DNA of 16,289 nt from Myxococcales bacterium (GTDB lineage Bacteria > Myxococcota > Myxococcia > Myxococcales > Anaeromyxobacteraceae). Below are positions 8,608-16,289 of this stretch, in pieces. The stretch covers positions 1 through 16,289 of the forward strand of contig JBBQEB010000082.1 in assembly GCA_038320275.1 (NCBI GenBank), written 5' to 3'. Made by a program: the position numbers and the translations under genes. The notes beneath the pieces are model-generated. The model was not told the DNA's origin, made no database searches, and was given only the letters and a program-made list of their open reading frames with translations. How positions within the stretch are numbered: the stretch's first letter is position 1; each line of letters opens with the position of its first letter.

Positions 8608-9138
8608 TCATTCGAGAGCTCCCTGGGCGATCCAGGCGGTGAGCGCGTTCAGGGTGGACGGACAGAGGTCGGGCGCATCGAGGGGCATGCGAGCGCCGTA
8701 GCCCGAGCCGCCGGGCTGGTCACGCGTGACCTTCTCGAGGAGCCAGGAACGCGAGGGGTCGAACGGCTTCACGCGCAGCCACCCCGCGCCCGCGGGCGCG
8801 TTCGCCGCAGGGGCGTTGACGAGGTCAGCCCGAACGTCGGTGGCGGTGCGCCCGGCGAAGGTGCCGTACACCACGTGACCCGCGGGGGCGGCGCCGCCGC
8901 CGTGGCAGCTCATGGCCGCCGACCCGCAGCTCGCCTGCAGGGCGGGGAGAATGTCGCGGGTGAAGCGTGGAGCATCGACCGGCGCCGCGATGGGACAGGT
9001 GAGGCCCGCTGCACCGCCATCAGCGCCCGAGCCGTCCGGTGGCCCGGCCGCCACGGACGGCGAGGAGCCGCCGCAAGCGGACAGGAGTAGCGCGAGCGCC
9101 AGCGGTGGCCCGAGGGGATTGGTATCTGCGGCGCGCAT
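8608..9138 (-). CDS. Lipoprotein with planctomycete-cytochrome-c (PSCyt1)-like domain and atypical CX6CH motif, 176 aa
   Basis: Signal and lipobox LALALLLSAC(22). Domain pattern FTRDILPALQASC-GSAAMS-CHG, VKPFDPSRSWLLEKV, GARMPL and LTAWIAQGA matches the recalled PSCyt1-type pattern F.rdI.P.l...C..CH...v.PgdpekS.l...MP...WI..GA. ATG 9138 preferred over 9210. Confidence 0.75.
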   Translation of the reverse strand: MRAADTNPLGPPLALALLLSACGGSSPSVAAGPPDGSGADGGAAGLTCPIAAPVDAPRFTRDILPALQASCGSAAMSCHGGGAAPAGHVVYGTFAGRTATDVRADLVNAPAANAPAGAGWLRVKPFDPSRSWLLEKVTRDQPGGSGYGARMPLDAPDLCPSTLNALTAWIAQGALE

Positions 9139-9212
9139 CAACCCTGGTAACCCGCGAGAGGCGCCGGAGTGTCGTGCGCCACCCATCCGGGGCGAAGAGG
9201 GGCAGCCCATGA

Positions 9213-10527
<1,315 letters not shown>

Positions 10528-10538
<11 letters not shown>

Positions 10539-13049
10539 CGCGCGATAGCTCCGAAGCTGGCGCCTGGCTGGCGCGCACGGCGGGGTAGAGGCTCGCCGCG
10601 AGGGCGGCGACCGCAAGCACCACCGCCTCCTTCACCAGGGCTCCCCACGGCACGTGCATGTTGAGGGTCCACCCGAACCAGTCCGGGTTGATGAGGTCCA
10701 CCAGGACCAAGGCGAGCCCGGCGCCCCCCAGCGCGCCCAGGAGGAGCCCTGCCGCGCCGATGCCGGCGGCGTGCCCGACGAACAGCCGGAAGATCTGCCC
10801 GCGCGTGGCGCCCAGCGCCCGGTAGAGAGCCACCTCGCCCGAGCGCTCGCGCGCGAGCACCAGCAGCGCGAGCGCGATCCCCGACACCGCCACCACCAGG
10901 CTCATGACCTCCAGGAGCCGCGTCACCGCGAAGGTCTGCTCGAAGATCCCGAGCACCTCGCGACGCAGCGTCCGGTTGGACCGCACCGAGAGCGCCTCGC
11001 TCGAAAGCTCCCGCTTCACCCTCTCCGCCAGCTCCTCCGCGTCCACTCCCGGCGCAGCGTAGAGGGCGACGTTCGTGAGCGCGCCCTCGCCGAAGCGAGC
11101 GGCCAGCGTCGCGAGGTCTACCAGCACGGCCCCGTTCTCCGCGCCGAAGTCGCGGTACACCCCCGCCACCCTGAAGCGCTCCGGGCCTCGCGGGCCCGCC
11201 ACCTCCACCGTCCCGCCCGGCTGAAGCCGCGCCCGGCGCGCCAGCGGCTCCGACACGAGCGCCTCGCCCGCTTTCACCTTGGCCAGCACCGCGCCCGCGT
11301 CGCCCCCCGCGAGCTGCACTCGCCCGCCCTCCCCCGCCAGCCCCGCGTCGAACCCGCCCACCGAGATGCGGCGGCCGTTCACCTCGGTGAAGATCTGGCG
11401 CAGCCGGTCCATGGCGCGCACGCCGGTCACCTTGGCGAGCCGCGACGCGACGGAAGGCTGCAGCGTCGCGCCGTTCTCGCCCCGCCGCCAGGAGGGCGTC
11501 GTCACGTACACGTCGGCGCGCAGGGTGGCTCCGAGCCAGCCCTCCACCGTGCTCCGGAAGGAGCCGATCATGACCGTGATCCCCACCAGCATGCTGACCG
11601 AGACGGCCAGCGCGCCCGCGGCGACGCCCGTCGAGCGGAGATGCGCCGCGAGCTCGCGCGCGCCGTACATCGCGCCCAGGCGGGCGGGCGCGCGCAGCCG
11701 CGCGGCCCCGCGGAGGAGGAGCGGCGCGGTGAGCGGTACCGCGGCCACCACCGCCAGGGCGAGGAGGAAGCCGGAGAAGCGCCAGCCGCGCAGGGGCCCG
11801 AGGGCGAGCGCTGCGGCAGCGGCCAGGGCGAGCAAGCCACCAGCGGCGAGCGCGAACACCCCTCGCCCCGGCCGCACCCCTCGCCGGGAAGCGAGGAGGG
11901 CACGCGGGTCTTCTCGCGCCACGTCGAGCGCAGGCAGGACCGCACCGGAGAGCGCGCCAGCCAGGCCGAGCGCGACGCCCACGGCAAGGAGCCAGGGCGG
12001 CAGCGACACGCGCTCCACGCCCTCCAGAAGGTAGAGGTTGCGCAAGGTGGCGCTCACCGCGCTCACGTTGGCGCGCGCGGCGAGCCAGCCCAGCGGGATG
12101 CCCAGCGCCGTGCCGAGCAGCCCGAGGGTGAGCGCGTCGGCGAGCACCACCGCGAGGACCTGGGCGCGGGTGGCACCCAGGCACCGGAGCACGCCCAGTT
12201 CCTCGCGCCTGCGGGCGAGCGCGGCCTGGGTGGTCGCATACACGAGGAAGCCGCCGACGAAGAGGCTCACCAGGGAGAGGGCGGTGAGGTTGAGCCGAAA
12301 GGCCGCGAGGAGCGCGTCTGCCTCGGCCATGCGCGCCTCCGGCGTGAGGACCCGGGCCCCCGGCCCGAGCTTCGCGTCCAGTCGGCGCGCCAGCCCGGCC
12401 ACGTCGGCGCCCTTCTCGACCACGACGTCGATCTGCCGGACCTGCCCGGCGCGGCCAAGGAGCCCCTGGACCTGCGAGAGGTCCATCACCGCGAGCCGGG
12501 AGCTCGCGAGCGGGGAGAGGCGCGCGAAGTCCACCAGCGCCCCCACCCGTAGCTCCACCCTGCGTGAACCGCTGGAGACCGGCACCCGCGAGCCGACGCT
12601 CCAGCCCATGCGGGAGGCCATGGCGGGCGAGACCGCGACCCACCCCGGCACGCCCAGCACGTCCGCCAGCTCCGCACGCTCGCGGGCCCAGGGCATGCGC
12701 ACCGGAGCGAAGAGGTCCGTGCCCAGCACGTCCAGCGTCTCGGGGGCGCCGCCCGGCCCCGCGGCCACCACCTCCACCCGCTCCACCGGATAGGCCGAAC
12801 GGACGCCCGGCTCGGCGAGCACCCGCGGCAGGAGCGCGTCGTCGAGCGCGGGCCCGCGGCCCATCACCGTGAGCTGCGCGTCGCCGGAGATGGCCCGCAC
12901 GCTGCCGGCGAAGGCGCCCAGCGCGCTCGCGTCGAGGATCTGGATGGACAGCACCGAGCCGACTCCCAGGGCGATCCCGGCGACGGCCAGCAGGAACAGC
13001 GCGCGTCCCCCCCGCGCGTGCGCCGAGAGGGCCAGCGCGACGTACCGGA

Positions 13050-13053
<4 letters not shown>
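10528..13053 (-). CDS. ABC transporter permease, MacB/FtsX family with two periplasmic + FtsX repeats (AttF/G-like fusion), 841 aa
   Basis: Two FtsX signatures ([38 protein letters not shown]), multiple TM segments and C-terminal [15 protein letters not shown] overlap with the ATPase stop. Confidence 0.95.
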
Positions 13054-13745
<692 letters not shown>

Positions 13746-13753
13746 GGGACGTG

Positions 13754-13759
13754 AACCTA
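13754..13759 (-). promoter_or_regulatory. Candidate -10 hexamer (TAGGTT) 8 nt before the ATPase GTG; probable leaderless or near-leaderless start
   Basis: Minus strand reads gacgcTAGGTTcacgtcccGTG, with no SD before the start codon. Confidence 0.4.
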
Positions 13760-13803
13760 GCGTCGAGAGAGCGCACGTTCAGGAGGGGCGCCCGGCAACC
13801 GCT

Positions 13804-14667
13804 TCATCCGCCCAGCTTCCCGAGCGCCACCACCTCGGTGGGTGAAGGCCGGCCGCCCGCGGGCTCCAGCGAGATGGCGAGCGCGTCCGGGGCGACGGCG
13901 AGGAGCTCGGGATCGACGTCGCCGACGGCCAGCGCCGCACCTTCGAAGCGCAGGAACCCCGCCGGGCGCGGCGCATCTTTCCCGCGGATCACCCAGAGCT
14001 GGTAGTCCTTGGCGGGCTGCGGCTGGAGGGCGCTCGACAGCACGACCGCGCGCCGCTGGGCGACGTTGACCACTGCGCTCGCCCGGGCGGTGCGGCCGGG
14101 AACGGGCGCGAGGGCCACCACCCGGCTCCCGGGGAGCTCCAGCAGGGCCGCTAGGTCCCGCTGGCGCGCGCCGTCCACGCGCAGCGCCCGCACCTCGGCG
14201 AGCAGGGCGGCGCGCGCGGCGCCCTCGGAGCGCGCGCTCGCCTGGGCCGACGCGAGCTCCGACTCGGCGCGACCTCGGGCCGAACGCTCGCGCGCCCACA
14301 GCCCTGCCGCCAGCAGCGCGGCGGCGGCGGCGAGCGGCACGGCGTAGCGTTGCCAGGGCGCGAACACCCGGCGGGGACGCGCGGTTCGGGCGGCCGTCGC
14401 GACGCTGGCGGGCTCAGCGCTCTCCGGAACTGCTCCTCCTTCGATGCCCGCCCGGATGGCGATGGACCGCCACACACCCTCCGAGGGGGCCACCGAGGGA
14501 TGGGCAGCCGCGAGGCTGACGACCGTGGCGAGCGCCCGCGCCAGCGCCTCCGGGCAGCCTTCGTGGTGGCTCTCGCGCAGGTGCTCCTCGGCGAGGCGCC
14601 GCTCCTCGGGCTCGAGCGCGTGGAGGGCGTGGGCTCCGGCGAGCTCGATGTACTCGGCGCAGGTCAC
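13804..14667 (-). CDS. Anti-sigma factor, RskA-like (N-terminal ZAS-like domain, single TM, C-terminal RskA domain), 287 aa
   Basis: N-terminal ELAGAHALHALEPEE...EEHL and TM VPLAAAAALLAAGLWA. RskA C-domain motifs KDYQLWVI, PRPAGFL and ALAISLEPAGGRPSPT. GTGA overlap with the sigma stop. Confidence 0.92.
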   Translation of the reverse strand: MTCAEYIELAGAHALHALEPEERRLAEEHLRESHHEGCPEALARALATVVSLAAAHPSVAPSEGVWRSIAIRAGIEGGAVPESAEPASVATAARTARPRRVFAPWQRYAVPLAAAAALLAAGLWARERSARGRAESELASAQASARSEGAARAALLAEVRALRVDGARQRDLAALLELPGSRVVALAPVPGRTARASAVVNVAQRRAVVLSSALQPQPAKDYQLWVIRGKDAPRPAGFLRFEGAALAVGDVDPELLAVAPDALAISLEPAGGRPSPTEVVALGKLGG

Positions 14668-15236
14668 TCCGCGCCTCCTGCGAGCGCGAGGGAGAGCTTG
14701 TCCATGGCGAGGCGAACCCGCGTCTTTATCGTCCCGAGCGGCTGGCCGGTGCGCGCCGCGATGGCGCTCTGCGACAGCCCGTCGAAGTAGGCCAGGTCGA
14801 TCACCTCCCGCTGCTCCGCCGGCAGCCCCGCCAGCGCGGCGCGGACCCGCGCCCGCTCCTGCTTGCCCTCCAGCGGATCAGGGAGCTCTGGCGCCGCCTC
14901 CGGCTCGGCCGCATGGGCGGACGCCAGCCGCGCCGCGGCGCCTCGGGCGCGGAGCCGATCGAGCGCGCGGCTGCGGCCGACCACGACCGCCCAGGTGGAG
15001 AGGCTCGCCCGAGCTGGATCGTACGCGGCCGACCTCCGCCACAGCTCCAGGAACGTCTCCTGGACCACGTCCTCCGCTTCGCCGCGATCGCCGAGGAGCC
15101 GGAGGGCGATGGCCATCACCTTGCCCGAGCAGGCGTCGTACAGGGCGCGCAGAGCCCGCGCCCTGTCCACGGGCTCGCCGCCCGGGCCGCGGCCGAGCAC
15201 CGCGGCGAGGATGAACGGCCAGGCGGTCGAGAGCAT
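14664..15236 (-). CDS. ECF sigma-70 factor (SigK/RpoT-like, ECF18/19-type)
   Basis: Region 2 ALRALYD...AEDVVQETFLELWRRSAAYDPARAS...RSRALDRLR and region 4 LPAEQREVIDLAYFDGLSQSAIAARTGQPLGTIKTRVR. The start is uncertain (ATG 15236 or GTG 15272). Confidence 0.95.
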   Translation of the reverse strand: MLSTAWPFILAAVLGRGPGGEPVDRARALRALYDACSGKVMAIALRLLGDRGEAEDVVQETFLELWRRSAAYDPARASLSTWAVVVGRSRALDRLRARGAAARLASAHAAEPEAAPELPDPLEGKQERARVRAALAGLPAEQREVIDLAYFDGLSQSAIAARTGQPLGTIKTRVRLAMDKLSLALAGGAE

Positions 15237-15296
15237 GGGTGGTAACCTGGGGCTGCCGCGGCGCGGGTGCACCTCACGCGCGGGTCCCGAACCCGA

Positions 15297-15322
15297 TACG
15301 CGCTCCAGCCCCCGCTGGATCT
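15297..15322 (-). promoter_or_regulatory. Candidate autoregulatory ECF promoter AGATCC-N16-CGTA
   Basis: Minus strand reads tAGATCC-agcgggggctggagcg-CGTAtcgg directly upstream of the sigma gene. This resembles the recalled TGATCC/CGTA consensus of RskA-paired ECF18/19 sigmas. Confidence 0.55.
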
Positions 15323-15791
15323 ACGAGGCGTCCTCCTCGGATTCGTTCCCTGGGGTCGCCCGCAGGGGGGGCGGGCAAGGCTCGCCCTTCACGAACTTCT
15401 TGTGCTCGCCGTAGCGCTCGACGATCTCCTTCTTCGTCTCGAGGCCGGTCTGCTCGATCACGAAGTTGGGAACCCGCCGGGCTCTGCGGTCGGGCACCCA
15501 GGAATCGACGCCGCCGGCCGCGGCCCGCCGCACCCTCGCTGCCGCGCGCTCCGGGCGTCCGCCCGCGCCGTCCGCGCCAGCGCTCGGCCCGGTAGCCTCC
15601 CGCCGCGTGGAACGCCCGCGCCGGCCAGCATCTCCCTCGTCCTCCCGCTCGCTGGAGGGGCTCTCGGCGGAGAGGTGCCGGCTCAGGGACTCGCGGAGCT
15701 CCCGCGCGATCGCTTCCGCCACCACCCGGGTGACCCGCCCCGCGAACTCGCGCGCGAGCCGCTCCACTTCTTCCTGCATCCTGTCGTCCAT
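15321..15791 (-). CDS. Hypothetical protein, 156 aa: N-terminal amphipathic helix, R/G/A-rich disordered linker and compact basic C-terminal domain; possible nucleoid-associated protein
   Basis: Protein-like composition (MQEEVERLAREFAGRVTRVVAEAI; WVPDRRARRVPNFVIEQTGLETKKEIVERYGEHKKFVKG). It fills the gap between the sigma gene and the divergent ybjQ-like gene. Function is inferred only. Confidence 0.8.
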   Translation of the reverse strand: MDDRMQEEVERLAREFAGRVTRVVAEAIARELRESLSRHLSAESPSSEREDEGDAGRRGRSTRREATGPSAGADGAGGRPERAAARVRRAAAGGVDSWVPDRRARRVPNFVIEQTGLETKKEIVERYGEHKKFVKGEPCPPPLRATPGNESEEDAS

Positions 15792-15797
15792 GCGGTC

Positions 15798-15844
15798 ACC
15801 TTAACCGCAGACGGCGCGACGGTGGCCCGCCCTTCTGGTACGCT
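15798..15844. promoter_or_regulatory. Divergent promoter pair: minus-strand -10 TAAGGT (15798-15803) and plus-strand extended -10 TGgTACGCT (15836-15844)
   Basis: TAAGGT lies 6 nt before ATG 15791 (-). TGgTACGCT lies 8 nt before ATG 15853 (+). The plus-strand gene has no SD. Confidence 0.5.
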
Positions 15845-15852
15845 TTCCCGCC

Positions 15853-16215
15853 ATGCAGGAGCTCCAGCGCCACGAGATCCCCATCCTGACCACCTTCGAC
15901 GCTCCGCCCGGCTTCGAGATCGAGCGGGTCATCGGGCCCTGCTGGGGAATCACGGTGCGGAGCCGCAGCGTCGTCGGCACCGCCTGCGCGGGTTGCCAGA
16001 CCTTCTTCGGCGGCGAGATCACCATGTTCACGGACCTCGCCGCGCACAGCCGGGCCGAGGCGATGGATCGCATCGAGCGGCAGGCGCGCCTCATGGGCGG
16101 CAACGCCATCCTGGGGATGCGCTTCGATTCCTCCGAATTGATGCAGAACACGAACGAGATCGTGGCGTACGGCACGGCGGTGGTACTGCGGACCGCGCCC
16201 GCCCGCCCGGCGTGA
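15853..16215 (+). CDS. ybjQ: YbjQ / UPF0145 family (putative heavy-metal-binding) protein, 120 aa
   Basis: Family pattern ILTT..PG.EI..VIG..G..VRSR...FGGEI..FT......R..A..R....A...GGNAILGMRFD.......EIVAYGTAV. Confidence 0.93.
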   Translation: MQELQRHEIPILTTFDAPPGFEIERVIGPCWGITVRSRSVVGTACAGCQTFFGGEITMFTDLAAHSRAEAMDRIERQARLMGGNAILGMRFDSSELMQNTNEIVAYGTAVVLRTAPARPA

Positions 16216-16289
16216 GCCGCCTGTCGCCAAGGCTGGCGCGCCGCATCGACCGGCTCGCCCGGCGCGCGCACCGCTTCCACCGCTTCGCC

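Noticed and set aside
15796..16280. Minus-strand ORFs 15796..16230 and 15801..16280
   Set aside because: They are antisense to the clearly recognisable YbjQ-family gene.

Overview
Very GC-rich bacterial DNA, probably myxobacterial or Anaeromyxobacter-like (inferred from gene content and style). Almost all real genes are on the minus strand. From right to left: a divergent YbjQ/UPF0145 gene (+); a small hypothetical protein with a layout like a nucleoid-associated protein; an ECF sigma factor with an RskA-type anti-sigma; an AttE/FG/H-like module (LolD/MacB-type ATPase, double-FtsX permease, secreted CrtC/lipocalin-like protein with a 30x hexamer repeat in its N-terminus); a lipoprotein resembling planctomycete cytochrome c with a CX6CH motif, then DUF1800 and a Tat-lipoprotein DUF1501; and a tightly coupled Wsp/Frz-like chemosensory operon (cheW-cheR/TPR-cheW-MCP-cheA, running off the left edge). 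No rRNA, tRNA, CRISPR array or transposase was seen. The best leads are the cytochrome/DUF1800/DUF1501 envelope module, a six-hairpin intergenic element covering the DUF1800 RBS, the CGACCH x30 tract, and variant Cys/His motifs in three proteins. All family calls come from motif recognition by eye, not database searches.
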